64,000 bases of DNA from contig JAMCWG010000005.1 of NCBI GenBank assembly GCA_023475235.1, positions 7,046 to 71,045 on the forward strand, read 5' to 3'. Positions 53,884 through 64,000 of the stretch are shown here, piece after piece. Each line of letters opens with the position of its first letter. Within the stretch, counting starts at the first letter, position 1. The translations under genes and the position numbers were made by a program. Under the pieces are notes generated by a model that ran no database searches, was not told where the DNA came from, and saw only the letters and a list, made by a program, of their open reading frames with translations. The stretch comes from Chloroflexota bacterium. GTDB lineage: Bacteria; Chloroflexota; UBA6077; FW602-bin22; JAMCWG01.

Positions 53884-54957
53884 CTACGTGCCGATCAGGA
53901 GAATCTCCTCGGAATCCCCGTTGGTGGACAGCGCATACTTGTACTGCCCGAGGCGCTCCACCCGCACTTTGCCCCTGAACTGGCATAGCAGGGACACGAG
54001 CTCCGCTTCGGCGGGAATGCCATCGCTTCGATAGGACACCACGATGATGCTTTTCCGGTATCGCTCAAACAAGCGACCGAAGGCGGCGTAAATCTGGCGC
54101 TTGCCGGCCCACTCGTTTGGCTGCGGCAGCAGGCGTCGGTGCTTCGACCGATGATCGATGCGACTCGCCCACTCGTCGTACATCGTGAGGCCTTCTAGGA
54201 AGTGATAGAACGCCAGGTAATCGACGGCCGTCCCCCGCCGTGAGATGTAGGGCGGATCGACGTACACCAGATCGTAGTCGCCAGGGACGGCAGCAGCATC
54301 GCAACACAAGGCGCGATTGCTCTCCCCGTTGTCGAAGACGGCCCGATTGGCCTCCTGCACGAAGGTGCGGAACCACGCCTCGAAGGGCCGCTCCCAGCTC
54401 GCCTTGTTCCCGAATGACCGCTCGACTTCGGCGGTGCGGATGTACAAGTTCTTCCTGTGGAACAGGTTGTACGGCCGCTTGATGATGCACGCCTGGCATA
54501 GAGCGAAGAAGGCCAGGGCATGCTTGTATGGGTCGGCGAGGTGGCGGATATTGGGGGTGGTCTGATCGACCCAGGCGTTCTCCTCATCGGTAAAGTAGAT
54601 GCCGGGAAAGGTATCCTGGACGAAGCGTGGGTAGGCTATCCCCGGGTGCCGCTGGAGGAGCCAGTCGACTTCGTCGGGGGACAAGCGCGTGGCACTGTTC
54701 TCGACGAGGGCCAGACCGGCGTAGTAGTTGAAACGGAGCAGGTCATTGTAGGTCACCCGCTTGCCTTCCCGCTTCAGACGATGGGCCACCGCGCCGGTGC
54801 CGCCGAACGCGTCCAGGCAGGTAGTGAAATTGAGGCCGGCGATCTGCTGCCAGATCCAGTCGGCCAGCTTCGCCTTGCTGCCCTGGTAGCGGGTGGAGGG
54901 AAACGCGGGAGCCGGCCCGGTGGCCAGCGGAGCCCGGCTGGCAGCGTCGCTACTCAT
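53884..54957 (-). CDS. D12-class (Dam-like) N6-adenine DNA methyltransferase
   Basis: RYQGSKAKLADWI (motif X-like), DAFGGTGAV (FxGxG, motif I), VYVDPPY (motif IV). Confidence 0.85.
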   Translation of the reverse strand: MSSDAASRAPLATGPAPAFPSTRYQGSKAKLADWIWQQIAGLNFTTCLDAFGGTGAVAHRLKREGKRVTYNDLLRFNYYAGLALVENSATRLSPDEVDWLLQRHPGIAYPRFVQDTFPGIYFTDEENAWVDQTTPNIRHLADPYKHALAFFALCQACIIKRPYNLFHRKNLYIRTAEVERSFGNKASWERPFEAWFRTFVQEANRAVFDNGESNRALCCDAAAVPGDYDLVYVDPPYISRRGTAVDYLAFYHFLEGLTMYDEWASRIDHRSKHRRLLPQPNEWAGKRQIYAAFGRLFERYRKSIIVVSYRSDGIPAEAELVSLLCQFRGKVRVERLGQYKYALSTNGDSEEILLIGT

Positions 54958-54978
54958 TCTCTATGCTTGGGCCTTATC

Positions 54979-55311
54979 TTACTTCTCGACGGGATAGCCG
55001 CGCTTCGTCCACTCCTCCATACCGCCCTCCATATTGTACACTTCCTCCCAGCCGAGAGCGCACACCATCTCGGAGGCGGCGGCGCTGCGGATGCCCGCAG
55101 CACAGACCATAATCATGGGCTGGTCAAGGCTGAGCTCGGCCGCGCGGGCAAGCACTGTGCCGAGGGGCACCAGCCGGGAGCCGGCGATATGCCCCGCGGC
55201 GTATTCGTGCTGCTCGCGCACGTCCACCACCTGCACGCAGGCCTTGTCGATCATCTCCTTCGCTTCGTCAACGCCGATTCGCCAGAACGGCTCCTGAGGG
55301 TCCCTCTTCAT
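54979..55311 (-). CDS. Rhodanese-like single-domain sulfurtransferase
   Basis: VDVREQHEYAAGHIAGSRLVP ... active-site loop MVCAAGIRSAAA ... GGMEEW. Start is ambiguous (ATG 55311 or TTG 55338). Confidence 0.85.
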   Translation of the reverse strand: MKRDPQEPFWRIGVDEAKEMIDKACVQVVDVREQHEYAAGHIAGSRLVPLGTVLARAAELSLDQPMIMVCAAGIRSAAASEMVCALGWEEVYNMEGGMEEWTKRGYPVEK

Positions 55312-55481
55312 CTTCCCCCTTTCCTGGTCCGGCAACAACAGACCGAAAGCTCCGTGCTGCCGGCCCTTGATGCGACGCCCACTCTTCCGGGCACGCTCGC
55401 CGGCACATCACGGATTGCCATGTATTATAGCACCTCGATCCGCTGTAGCATCCACCGAAGCCGGACCTGCACTTGGCGGCG

Positions 55482-56366
55482 TCACCCCTTCACGGCGCCT
55501 GCCGTCAGGCCGGTGACCACATAGCGTTGAGCGAGGATATACAGCAATACGATGGGCACCGACATGATCAGGGACCCGGCGGTGAGCTGATTCCATACGA
55601 ACACGTCGGCTGCGATCAGGCCCGCCAGCCCCACCGGGGCCGTGGTGATCGCCGCCGTACGGATGAACACCAGGGCGAACAGGAAATCGTTCCAGGACAA
55701 CGTGAATGTGAAAATGGCAGAGGCCACCACCCCAGGCAGGGCCAGCGGCATCACAATGCGCATCAGGGCCTCGACGCGCGATGCTCCGTCCACCAGGGCC
55801 GCCTCCTCCAGGTCCACCGGGATGGTCTGGAAGTACCCCTTCAGCATCCAGGTAGCGAACGGCACCGTGAAAGTCAGGTGGGCAAGAATGAGCGAAGCGT
55901 AGGTGTCCATCAGGCCCAAGTTGGCCACGATGAGGTACATCGGAATGAGAAGGAGCGTAGCGGGCACCAGGTACACGAAGAAGACCGCTCCTGAAAGAAA
56001 ATCGCGGCCGGGGAATCGCAATCGCGTCAAGCTGTAGGCGCCGAACGAGGAGATGAGCAGGCTGATCAGGGTGGTCAAGCCGGCCACGAGGAAGCTGCTG
56101 CCAAGCTGGTTCCCAAAAGGCGTCTGCTCGAACAGCTTGGAGTAGCCACTCAGCGTCGGTTCCTTGGGCCAGAAGGAGGGAACGTTGACATACATCTCCT
56201 TGTCCGGCTTGAAGGACGTGATGACCATCCAGTACACCGGGAAGAGGACGAGTACCAGGACCACCAGCAGTATGGCCAAGGCCAGGAGTCGCTGCAATTG
56301 CTGTTGCCGGCGATAGCCGATGAGCAGGCGGGGACTGGAATCTATACGCGCTTTCACAGCCATCAT
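55482..56366 (-). CDS. Carbohydrate ABC transporter permease (MalG-like)
   Basis: Six TM segments and EAA-like loop DLEEAALVDGASRVEALMRIVMPLALPG. Confidence 0.9.
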   Translation of the reverse strand: MMAVKARIDSSPRLLIGYRRQQQLQRLLALAILLVVLVLVLFPVYWMVITSFKPDKEMYVNVPSFWPKEPTLSGYSKLFEQTPFGNQLGSSFLVAGLTTLISLLISSFGAYSLTRLRFPGRDFLSGAVFFVYLVPATLLLIPMYLIVANLGLMDTYASLILAHLTFTVPFATWMLKGYFQTIPVDLEEAALVDGASRVEALMRIVMPLALPGVVASAIFTFTLSWNDFLFALVFIRTAAITTAPVGLAGLIAADVFVWNQLTAGSLIMSVPIVLLYILAQRYVVTGLTAGAVKG

Positions 56367-57364
56367 CGTTCCTCCGCTCTAGACAAGGTCCGCACCAACA
56401 GGAAGATGAGCACCACCACCAGCGGCACCAGCGCCACCGATACGGCCACGCCCTTGCCAAGCTCCAACGAGAGGAAGGCTGCCCGGTAGGTCAATACCGG
56501 TAAGACGGTCGTCGCCGTAGATGGCCCACCCTGCGTCATCACCCAGATGAGGGTGAAGTCGTTGATAGTCCAGATCGCCGATAACAGCGAGGTCACGGTC
56601 AGCACCGGGATAATGCCGGGGATCGTGATGTGCCAGAATCGGTCTATGGCTGAGGCCCCGTCGACGCTGGCCGCCTCGTGCAGCTCCTGGGAGATGCTCT
56701 GTAGCCCGGCCAGGAGGCAGATAGCGAAGAAGGGGAAGCCCCTCCAGATGTTCACGCCGGTCACGGCCCAGAGGGCCAGGTCCGGGCTGCTCAGCCAGTT
56801 GATGTTAGTGGTTATCAGGTGCAACTGGCGAAGAACGTAGTTGAAGACGCCGTACCCGCCGCTCAGCATCCACATAAAGGTGAGGGCGCTGGCGACGGTG
56901 GGCAGTGCCCAGGGGAGGATAACGACGCCCCGCAGGAAAGAGCGTATCGGCAGGCGCTGGTTCAGAATCAAGGCAACCATTAAGCCCAGGCTCACCTTCC
57001 CCGCTTGCGCGACAAGGGTGTAGAGCACGGTGATGAACACGGAGTGCCGGAAGATGGGGTCCTTGACGCTATCGATGTAGTTGCCCAGCCCAATAAACGG
57101 CGCTTCCTGGACGCCGATTAGCTTCCAGTGAAGGCTCTGCCAGATTGCCAGGACGAATGGATACCCGACCAACCCGAGGAGCAGGACGACAATGGGAAGG
57201 ACCAGCAGATATCCCAGCCCGGCATCACGAGGCAGGCGGTAAGCACGCCATCCAAACAGGCGAGATGGCATAACAGTAACAGGAGTCTGAGTGTCGAGAT
57301 TCACCGATCTCTCCTCCTCTTTTCTCGCTCTATGGCCCGGCACTTCAGGCCCCGTCTGTGGCAT
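56363..57364 (-). CDS. Carbohydrate ABC transporter permease (MalF-like)
   Basis: EAA loop ELHEAASVDGASAIDRFWHITIPG. 4-nt overlap with the downstream permease. The start is uncertain (M1 at 57364 or M32 at 57271). Confidence 0.85.
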   Translation of the reverse strand: MPQTGPEVPGHRARKEEERSVNLDTQTPVTVMPSRLFGWRAYRLPRDAGLGYLLVLPIVVLLLGLVGYPFVLAIWQSLHWKLIGVQEAPFIGLGNYIDSVKDPIFRHSVFITVLYTLVAQAGKVSLGLMVALILNQRLPIRSFLRGVVILPWALPTVASALTFMWMLSGGYGVFNYVLRQLHLITTNINWLSSPDLALWAVTGVNIWRGFPFFAICLLAGLQSISQELHEAASVDGASAIDRFWHITIPGIIPVLTVTSLLSAIWTINDFTLIWVMTQGGPSTATTVLPVLTYRAAFLSLELGKGVAVSVALVPLVVVLIFLLVRTLSRAEER

Positions 57365-57471
57365 CCCCGAAGCGAAGGACCCGGCCGGTGCCGTTGTTAC
57401 TTTAGGTGGGGCTGCGATAAGAGCCCCACCTAATCAAACACCGTATCAGCGAGAGGCAAGCGGTCTCTCAC

Positions 57472-58881
57472 TCAGCCACGCTTCTTATATTTCTCCACCA
57501 TAGCATCGGCCTTCTTCTGCATCTCGTCTAAGGCCTGTTCGGGCGTCCATTTGTCCACGACTACCCGCTGGATGGCCTGGCCCATATGGTTGTTCTCGAT
57601 GAGCAGCAGCTCGCCAATGGCGGGGTGGTTGGTGCCCGGCCAGTACTGCGGCTGAACGAGCGGCATAACCCGCTCGCCGATGGCCTTCATCCAGCGGTCC
57701 TGCTTGAAGAAGTCCATCTTGAGGTACTTGTTTCGGGGCGGCCAGAACTGTCCGGCGGCGGTCTTCAAGTAGTTCTCGTAGTAGCTCCCCGAGAACAGGG
57801 CCGATACTACTTTCTTGGCCAGGTCGACGTCCTTCGTGGTATTGAAGATGCAGTAGGCCAGGCCACCGGCCACCGCCACCTCCTTGCCGGCCGGGCCTTT
57901 GGGGATGGGTCCCAGGTCGGTGTTCTCCAGCAGGTCGGTCATCTTGTCGCCGCGCATCTTGGCCACGATGCTGCCGGTATTGACGACGGAGGCGACCCGT
58001 CCACTCAGGTAGGCGGTGTTATTGCCACTGTCATCCCACTCCACCGCATCCGGGGGAGTAAGGCCGTTCTTATGGAGATCGGTAACCCACTTGAGGGCAG
58101 CAGCATTCTCTTTGGTGTTACAGGTGATTTTGTCGTCCTTGGTCTGCCACGCGCCGCCGAAAGACCACAGGAACCCGATGAAATTGCCTTCAGCATCCGA
58201 GCGGTTCATCTGGAAGCCGAACGCGTAGAAATTGTTCTTGGGATCGTTCACTTTCTGGCCGGCAGCCAAGAGGTCGTCGAGGGTTTTCACCGGCACATCA
58301 TACCCGGCGGCCTTGTATTTATCGATGCGGTAGTGAAGGGGCCAGGGGTACGCCCCGGTGGGAATGGACCACTGCTTGCCCTGGATGGTGACCATCGTGT
58401 CGCCGAACGGAAGCCAGCCTTCCCCCTCTTTACCAAGCTCGGCATAGACATCCGAGACGTCGGTCAGTATGCCCAGCCCCTGGTAGTTGGCCACTGCTCC
58501 CTGGTCGAGCTTGGCGATGTCGGGCAGCTTCTTGGACTCTATGGCTGCCGCCCATCTGGCGGAGGTAGCCTGGCTTTGCGGTAGGTCTTCCAGGGTGATC
58601 TTGACGTTCAGCTTGGCGCCGATCTCGTCGAGAGCCTTATGGAGATAAGGGTTGTGCTCCTCCATGTACTCCTTGGTGGCCCAGACCGTGAGCTCCTTGG
58701 CCCCTCCAGCGGGAGCACCCGCGGCAGGGGACGCTGCTGTACCCGGTGCCCCGGCGGGCGCCTGCGGCGTACCGGCACACGCCGCAAGCAGGGGCGATGC
58801 TGCAACCAGGCCGCTGGCGACGGCAGCGGCCTTGATGAAGTCGCGACGCGTAACGCGTCTACCAGACAATGACTTTGCCAT
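57472..58881 (-). CDS. Sugar ABC transporter substrate-binding protein (family 1), Tat/lipoprotein-type leader
   Basis: RRVTRRDFIKAAAVASGLVAASPLLAAC leader. The ATG at 58881 is preceded by GGGGGAG with a 6-nt spacer. Confidence 0.9.
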   Translation of the reverse strand: MAKSLSGRRVTRRDFIKAAAVASGLVAASPLLAACAGTPQAPAGAPGTAASPAAGAPAGGAKELTVWATKEYMEEHNPYLHKALDEIGAKLNVKITLEDLPQSQATSARWAAAIESKKLPDIAKLDQGAVANYQGLGILTDVSDVYAELGKEGEGWLPFGDTMVTIQGKQWSIPTGAYPWPLHYRIDKYKAAGYDVPVKTLDDLLAAGQKVNDPKNNFYAFGFQMNRSDAEGNFIGFLWSFGGAWQTKDDKITCNTKENAAALKWVTDLHKNGLTPPDAVEWDDSGNNTAYLSGRVASVVNTGSIVAKMRGDKMTDLLENTDLGPIPKGPAGKEVAVAGGLAYCIFNTTKDVDLAKKVVSALFSGSYYENYLKTAAGQFWPPRNKYLKMDFFKQDRWMKAIGERVMPLVQPQYWPGTNHPAIGELLLIENNHMGQAIQRVVVDKWTPEQALDEMQKKADAMVEKYKKRG

Positions 58882-59418
58882 CTGTCTCTCCCCCTTCATC
58901 TTAAGAAACCTATCAGACAATCATGGGATAAACAAAGACTGTAAACAGCCATCGTAGCTGGTCGCGCCGCGTCGCTCTTTGCATCTGCTCTGATGCGCTA
59001 GACCGTTGGCTCAAACCTCTACATGAACGGACCTACATCGACTCGTATCCTCCTTTGAACAACCGCTCGCAAGACGTGCCGGCACATCATCAAGGGGAAT
59101 GTGGGCAAAGAAACAGAAGAGAGGACCGCCAGCACTGCTCGCGTGTGGGCGTTCGGCTCGCAATACCGGTTGCTATGAACACGAATGAACCGCAACCTCT
59201 ATCCTACGCCAAAGGCACCTGTCAGCCGAGTGCCACCCCGCACTACTTGCAGTCGCCGTTGAGTAAGAGGAATTATATGAAGTACTGGTTTAGAAGTCAA
59301 GGGCTGCCGGTTGGCCCGAAGCAATGATGGTTGCATCTAGGATACATATTAAGCATGCTCCAGGCTCGCAGCCCGTCGAGCCCCGCTCGCCGGATGCCGG
59401 AGCGCCCCATGCGGAGGC

Positions 59419-61176
59419 CTACTCCGGCCGAAGGTGCAGTTCCTTAAGGCGGCCCTTCGTCACCGGCGCAGGCGTCCCGGTCATGGGGTCTTGAGCGCTC
59501 TGGGTCTTGGGGAAGGCCATCACCTCCCGGATGTTGTCGGCACCGGCCAGCAGCATCACCAGCCGGTCGATGCCGGGGGCGATGCCGCCGTGCGGGGGCG
59601 TCCCGTACTCGAAGGCTTCCAGCAGGTGGCCGAACATCGCGCCGGCGTCCTCGTCGGTCATCCCCAGCAGCCTGAATACCTTCTCCTGCAGCTCGCGCTT
59701 GTGGATACGGATGCTGCCGCCGCCCACCTCGTAGCCGTTGCAGACGATGTCGTACTGCTTGGCCCGGACCCTGGACGGGTCGGTGTCGAGCAGGGGCAGG
59801 TCTTCGTCCATCGGCGAGGTGAAGTGGTGGTGCTTGGCCTGATAGTGGCCCTCGTCGGCATTCCACTCGAACATCGGCATCTCCAGCACCCAAGCGAAGG
59901 CCAGCACGTTCCTGTCCATAAGGTCCAGGCGCCGGCCGATCTCCAATCGCATCTCGGCCATCACCTCGGCTACCTTCGCCGGCTGATCGGCCACCATCAG
60001 GACCAGGTCGCCGTCGCCGGCCTCCAGGCGCTCGCGAATGGCCTGGACCTGTCCCTCGCCGAGGTGGCGGGCGATCGGCGAGCGGACGCCGCCGGGGGTG
60101 AACGCGACGGTGAGCATCCCCCTGGCTCCCAGGCCGGTGGCGAACCGGGTCAGATCGTCCAGCTCACGACGGGTGAGCGATGCGCCGCCCGGATACCGCA
60201 CGGCCACGGCCTGCCCGCCCTGCTCGATCACCGAAGTCAGCGGCGCAAAGCTGCTGGCGAGAACGATGTCCGAAAGGTCGCTCAGCGGCAGGCCGAAGCG
60301 CAAGTCGGGCTTGTCGCATCCGTACCTGGCCATCGCCTCGGCGTACGTCAGCCGGGGGAACGGCTTCGCCAGAATGCGCTTATCGGTCAGGCATTCGGCC
60401 AGCCCGGTGAAGAGGCCCTCCGTCAACTGAAGTATGTCCTCCTGGTCCACGAAGGACATCTCCAGGTCGAGCTGGGTGAACTCCGGCTGGCGGTCGGCCC
60501 GCTGGTCCTCGTCGCGGAAGCAACGGGCGATCTGGAAGTAGCGCTCGAAGCCGGCCACCATCAGCAGTTGCTTGAACTGCTGTGGCGACTGGGGCAGGGC
60601 GTAGTACTGGCCGGGGTAGAGGCGGCTGGGCACCAGGAACTCGCGCGCTCCGCCCGGCGTCTCCTTGACCAGAATGGGCGTCTCGATCTCCACAAAGCCA
60701 CGCGCACGCAGCCAATCGCGAATGAACTGGACAGTGCGAGACCGCAGAAGTATGTTGTCGCGCATGCGCTCCCGCCGCAGGTCGAGGTAGCGATAGCGCA
60801 GGCGCAGGAACTCGTCGATGTCGACCTCCTCGTTGATGTAGAAGGGAGGCGTCTTGGCCGGGTTGAGGACCTGGGCCTCGCGCACGGCGACTTCCACCTC
60901 GCCGGTAGCCAGGTTGGGATTGGCGGTCTCGGGCGGACGCTTGACGACCTCTCCCTTCACCACCAGCACGTACTCCGGCCGGGCCTCCTCCGCCACCTGA
61001 TGGGCAGCCGGCGATATCTCCGGGTTGAACACCAACTGGACGATGCCCGTCCGGTCACGCAGGTCGATGAAGATTAGACCGCCGTGGGCGCGACGCCGGT
61101 GCACCCAGCCGGCCAGATTAACTTCGACGCCGGCATCGTGCAGGCGCAGATCGCCGCAGTTGTGAGTCTTGAGCAC
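59419..61176 (-). CDS. aspS: Aspartate--tRNA ligase
   Basis: [22 protein letters not shown] (OB anticodon-binding domain). Class II motifs [20 protein letters not shown] and GGGSIRIH ... [15 protein letters not shown]. Confidence 0.95.
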   Translation of the reverse strand: MLKTHNCGDLRLHDAGVEVNLAGWVHRRRAHGGLIFIDLRDRTGIVQLVFNPEISPAAHQVAEEARPEYVLVVKGEVVKRPPETANPNLATGEVEVAVREAQVLNPAKTPPFYINEEVDIDEFLRLRYRYLDLRRERMRDNILLRSRTVQFIRDWLRARGFVEIETPILVKETPGGAREFLVPSRLYPGQYYALPQSPQQFKQLLMVAGFERYFQIARCFRDEDQRADRQPEFTQLDLEMSFVDQEDILQLTEGLFTGLAECLTDKRILAKPFPRLTYAEAMARYGCDKPDLRFGLPLSDLSDIVLASSFAPLTSVIEQGGQAVAVRYPGGASLTRRELDDLTRFATGLGARGMLTVAFTPGGVRSPIARHLGEGQVQAIRERLEAGDGDLVLMVADQPAKVAEVMAEMRLEIGRRLDLMDRNVLAFAWVLEMPMFEWNADEGHYQAKHHHFTSPMDEDLPLLDTDPSRVRAKQYDIVCNGYEVGGGSIRIHKRELQEKVFRLLGMTDEDAGAMFGHLLEAFEYGTPPHGGIAPGIDRLVMLLAGADNIREVMAFPKTQSAQDPMTGTPAPVTKGRLKELHLRPE

Positions 61177-61272
61177 TATCCCCTCCTAGAAGACCGTGAC
61201 GCTGAAAGCCATTATACCCCCTGACGCGAGAGATGTCACATCGCATCGTTGGCCAGAGGCGGCAATTTGCGC

Positions 61273-61301
61273 TTGACACCCAATTTGGAAGGTGCGAGAA
61301 T
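61273..61301 (+). promoter_or_regulatory. Candidate sigma-70-like promoter for the oxidoreductase operon
   Basis: TTGACA (61273-61278), 17-nt spacer, GAGAAT (61296-61301). This would give a leader of about 200 nt. Confidence 0.35.
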
Positions 61302-61508
61302 GACCGTTGGATTGTCAGACAGCCAAGGACGTTTTCTGCCCGGTCCTGTTTGTACCTGTTCAACTGCGTTCCGTGCGGTAAATGCACCGGGTCTGCACAC
61401 TGCAGCGACTCCACGAGCCTATGCTCCGCGAGCGTGAGACCGCGGGCTTGCGACAGCGGTGTCGCCGGCAATCGTTTGCGAACAATCGTTTATAGGAGAA
61501 GAGAGGCT

Positions 61509-62072
61509 ATGCTAGAAATCAGATGGCACGGTAGGGGAGGCCAGGGAGCCGTGACCGCTGCCAAGATGCTGGCAGCGGCGGCCCTGCGCCAGGGCAAGCA
61601 GTTTCAGGCCTTCCCCGAATACGGGCCGGAGCGTCGGGGCGCCCCCGTACAGGTGTTCACCCGCATCAGCGACGAGCCGGTGCGCACCTTCTCGTATATC
61701 ACCGAACCGAATATGATCGTGATACTCGACCCCAACCTCATCGGCAAGGTACCGGTGACCGATGGGCTCACCGAGGACGGCGTCGTAGTGGCCAACTTCA
61801 AGGGCACACCCGACGAGCTGCGGAAGACTATGGGCATCAAGGGCCGCAAGCTGTACACCGTGGACGCTACCGGCGTGGCGATGCGCACGATGGGCCGGGC
61901 CATCACCAACACCCCGATGCTGGGCGCGGTGGTCAGGGCCAGCGGCGCCGTAACCCTGGACCAAGCCCTGGAGGAGGTCCGCCACGTCTTCGAGGACCGC
62001 TTCGGCCCCAAGGTGGCCGAGGCCAACGTCGAGGCGGTGAAGGTGGCCTACGAGGAGACCCAGGGCGAATGA
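61509..62072 (+). CDS. porG: Pyruvate/2-oxoacid:ferredoxin oxidoreductase gamma subunit
   Basis: MLEIRWHGRGGQGAVTAAKMLAAAAL ... FPEYGPERRGAP. GGAG SD. The longer ORF from 61233 is rejected. Confidence 0.85.
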   Translation: MLEIRWHGRGGQGAVTAAKMLAAAALRQGKQFQAFPEYGPERRGAPVQVFTRISDEPVRTFSYITEPNMIVILDPNLIGKVPVTDGLTEDGVVVANFKGTPDELRKTMGIKGRKLYTVDATGVAMRTMGRAITNTPMLGAVVRASGAVTLDQALEEVRHVFEDRFGPKVAEANVEAVKVAYEETQGE

Positions 62073-62102
62073 CGATAGCAGTCCAAGGAAGGAGATATAG
62101 TT

Positions 62103-63299
62103 ATGGCAACTAAGACGGCCAACCGCATCGCGGTAACGGGCAACGCCGGGGTCGCCCAGGCCATGCGCCAGATTCGCCCGGACGTGGTGGCGGCCTACCC
62201 GATCACGCCGCAGAGCGATGTCGTTGAGGAGTTCTCCACCTTCGTGGCCGAAGGGACCGTGCCTACGGAGTTCCTGCCCGTGGAGAGCGAGCACAGCGCC
62301 CTCAGCGCCTGCGTGGGCGCGTCGGCGGCCGGCGCCCGCGTAATGACGGCCACCTCTTCCCAGGGCCTCGCCTACATGTGGGAAGTGCTGTACATCGCCG
62401 CCGGCAATCGCTGCCCCATCGTGATGATCAACGTCAACCGGGCACTGTCGGCCCCCATCAACATCCACTGCGACCACTCCGACTCGATGGGCACGCTGCA
62501 CAGCGGCTGGATCCAGTTGTACTGCAAGAACGCCCAGGAGGGCTACGACTCGACCATTATGGCCGTCCGCATCGCCGAGCACCCCGACATCCAGTTGCCG
62601 GTGATGGTCTGCTACGACGGCTTCATCGTCAGCCACGGCATCACCTCGCTGGAGATGGTGGACGACGAGGAAGTGGCCAGCTTCATCGGCACCCGCAAGC
62701 CGCCCTACTCCCTGCTCGACGCCGAGCACCCCATCAGCATGGGGAACCTGGCCTTCACCGACTACTATATGGAGGTGAAGCGCCAGCAGGCCGAGGCAAT
62801 GCGCCACGCCCCGCGCGTGATTCAGGAAGTGCAGGAGGAGTTCGGCAAGCTGACCGGCCGACATTACGGGATGTTCGAGACCTACCGGCTGGACGACGCC
62901 GATTTCGTCCTCGTGGCCCTGAACTCGACGGCCAGCACGTCCGAGATCGTGGTCGACGAGCTGCGCGGCAAGGGGGTGAAGGCCGGCATCCTGCGGCCAC
63001 GCGTGATGCGCCCCTTCCCGTGGCAGGAGATCGCCCAGGCCCTCTCCAGGGCCAGTGCCGTGGCCGTGCTTGACCGTGCCCAGTCGCCGGGCGGCAACGG
63101 CGGGCCGCTGGCCATCGAGGTCCGCTCCGCCCTGTACGAGCTGGAGCGCCGGCCCAGGATGATCAACGGTATCTACGGCCTGGGCGGACGCGACATCCTT
63201 ATGAGCGATATCCGCTCCGTGTACGACCGCTTGCAGAAGCTGGCGGAAGGCCGCGGCCCAAGCGAGTTCGAGTTCTACTTGGGCGTGAGAGGAGACTAG
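62103..63299 (+). CDS. porA: Pyruvate/2-oxoacid:ferredoxin oxidoreductase alpha subunit
   Basis: GNAGVAQAMRQIRPDVVAAYPITPQSDVVE ... ESEHSALSACVGASAAGARVMTATSSQGL. AAGGAG SD. Confidence 0.9.
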   Translation: MATKTANRIAVTGNAGVAQAMRQIRPDVVAAYPITPQSDVVEEFSTFVAEGTVPTEFLPVESEHSALSACVGASAAGARVMTATSSQGLAYMWEVLYIAAGNRCPIVMINVNRALSAPINIHCDHSDSMGTLHSGWIQLYCKNAQEGYDSTIMAVRIAEHPDIQLPVMVCYDGFIVSHGITSLEMVDDEEVASFIGTRKPPYSLLDAEHPISMGNLAFTDYYMEVKRQQAEAMRHAPRVIQEVQEEFGKLTGRHYGMFETYRLDDADFVLVALNSTASTSEIVVDELRGKGVKAGILRPRVMRPFPWQEIAQALSRASAVAVLDRAQSPGGNGGPLAIEVRSALYELERRPRMINGIYGLGGRDILMSDIRSVYDRLQKLAEGRGPSEFEFYLGVRGD

Positions 63300-63305
63300 A
63301 GAATA

Positions 63306-64000
63306 ATGTCAGTAAATCTTAAAGAGCTTTCCCTTAAGCAAGAGACCCTGGCCTCCGGCCATCGCCTTTGCGCCGGCTGCGGCATCGGGACCATCGTTCG
63401 CATGCTGACGCACGCCTGCGACTATCCGCTGGTGGTCGCCAACGCCACCGGCTGCTGCGAGGTGAGCACGACGGTGTACCCCTACACGGCGTGGCGCTCC
63501 TCGTGGATCCACAACGCCTTCGAGAACGCTTCGGCCACTATCTCCGGCGTGGAGGCGGCGTACAAGTCGCTTCGCCGGCAGGGCAAGCTGGACCAGGAGT
63601 TCCGCTTCATGGCCATCGGCGGCGACGGCGGCACCTTCGACATCGGCATACAGTCGCTGTCGGGTGCCCTGGAGCGCGGCCACCGCTTCGTCTATGTGTG
63701 CTACGACAACGAGGCGTACATGAACACGGGCATTCAGCGGTCCAGCGCGACGCCGCTGGGCGCCAACACGACCACCAGCCCGGTGGGCAAGGTGATCCCC
63801 GGCAAGTCCCGCAACCGCAAGAACCTGACCGAGATCGTGGTGGGCCATCGCATCCCGTATATAGCGCAGGCCTCGCCCAGCAACTGGCGTGACCTCATCC
63901 GCAAGGCCCGTAAGGCATTCGAGACCGACGGGCCGGCGTTCCTCAACATCCTCCAGCCCTGCGTCCCCGGCTGGCGGTACGAGCCCAACCAGAGCATCGA
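63306..64000 (+). CDS. porB: Pyruvate/2-oxoacid:ferredoxin oxidoreductase beta (TPP-binding) subunit, 3' end cut by window edge
   Basis: Not in the supplied ORF track because no stop falls within the window. My hand translation from ATG 63306 gives MSVNLKELSLKQETLASGHRLCAGCGIG ... AIGGDGGTFDIGIQSLSGA ... VCYDNEAYMNTGIQRSS, which is the TPP-binding GDG...N motif. Confidence 0.85.
   Translation, partial: MSVNLKELSLKQETLASGHRLCAGCGIGTIVRMLTHACDYPLVVANATGCCEVSTTVYPYTAWRSSWIHNAFENASATISGVEAAYKSLRRQGKLDQEFRFMAIGGDGGTFDIGIQSLSGALERGHRFVYVCYDNEAYMNTGIQRSSATPLGANTTTSPVGKVIPGKSRNRKNLTEIVVGHRIPYIAQASPSNWRDLIRKARKAFETDGPAFLNILQPCVPGWRYEPNQSI

Noticed and set aside
61512-62864. 450-aa minus-strand ORF antisense to the por gamma and alpha genes
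   Set aside because: It has no motifs and a His/Gly/Ala/Val-rich shadow composition. The plus-strand genes have SD sites and canonical oxidoreductase motifs.

Overview
High-GC (about 65% on spot-counted lines) bacterial chromosomal window. It is densely coding, and most genes have clear Shine-Dalgarno sites. The gene content suggests a monoderm, Chloroflexota-like organism, but that is only an inference. I saw no rRNA, tRNA or CRISPR array. Recognisable content: two family-5 ABC substrate-binding proteins; a glycogen operon (glgC, GH57 branching enzyme, glgA) interrupted by an unknown coiled-coil gene; two very large GT-C-type membrane glycosyltransferase-like proteins; RadC; a GreA-like factor; an ABC exporter; two MFS transporters; a sugar ABC uptake operon; aspS; and a three-subunit pyruvate/2-oxoacid:ferredoxin oxidoreductase operon. 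One locus encodes a histidine kinase, a NarL-type regulator, two multihaem cytochromes c, an NrfC-like FeS protein and an NrfD-like membrane protein, with no catalytic subunit. Strongest candidates for something new: (1) a roughly 50% GC two-gene cassette at 32.5-34.2 kb (small membrane protein plus PD-(D/E)xK-like protein) with its own promoter, bracketed by a perfect 11-bp direct repeat and next to a MITE. (2) A three-gene secreted/surface-protein module at 40.5-45.1 kb, with two paralogous beta-rich proteins and a membrane-anchored Ig-like protein. (3) A family of 170-290 nt hairpin-forming MITE-like elements in three copies, two of them with clean 9-11 bp target-site duplications. (4) A CxxCH haem-c motif in the extracytoplasmic sensor domain of the kinase upstream of the cytochrome operon. 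All functional calls rest on motif recognition by eye; no database search was run.
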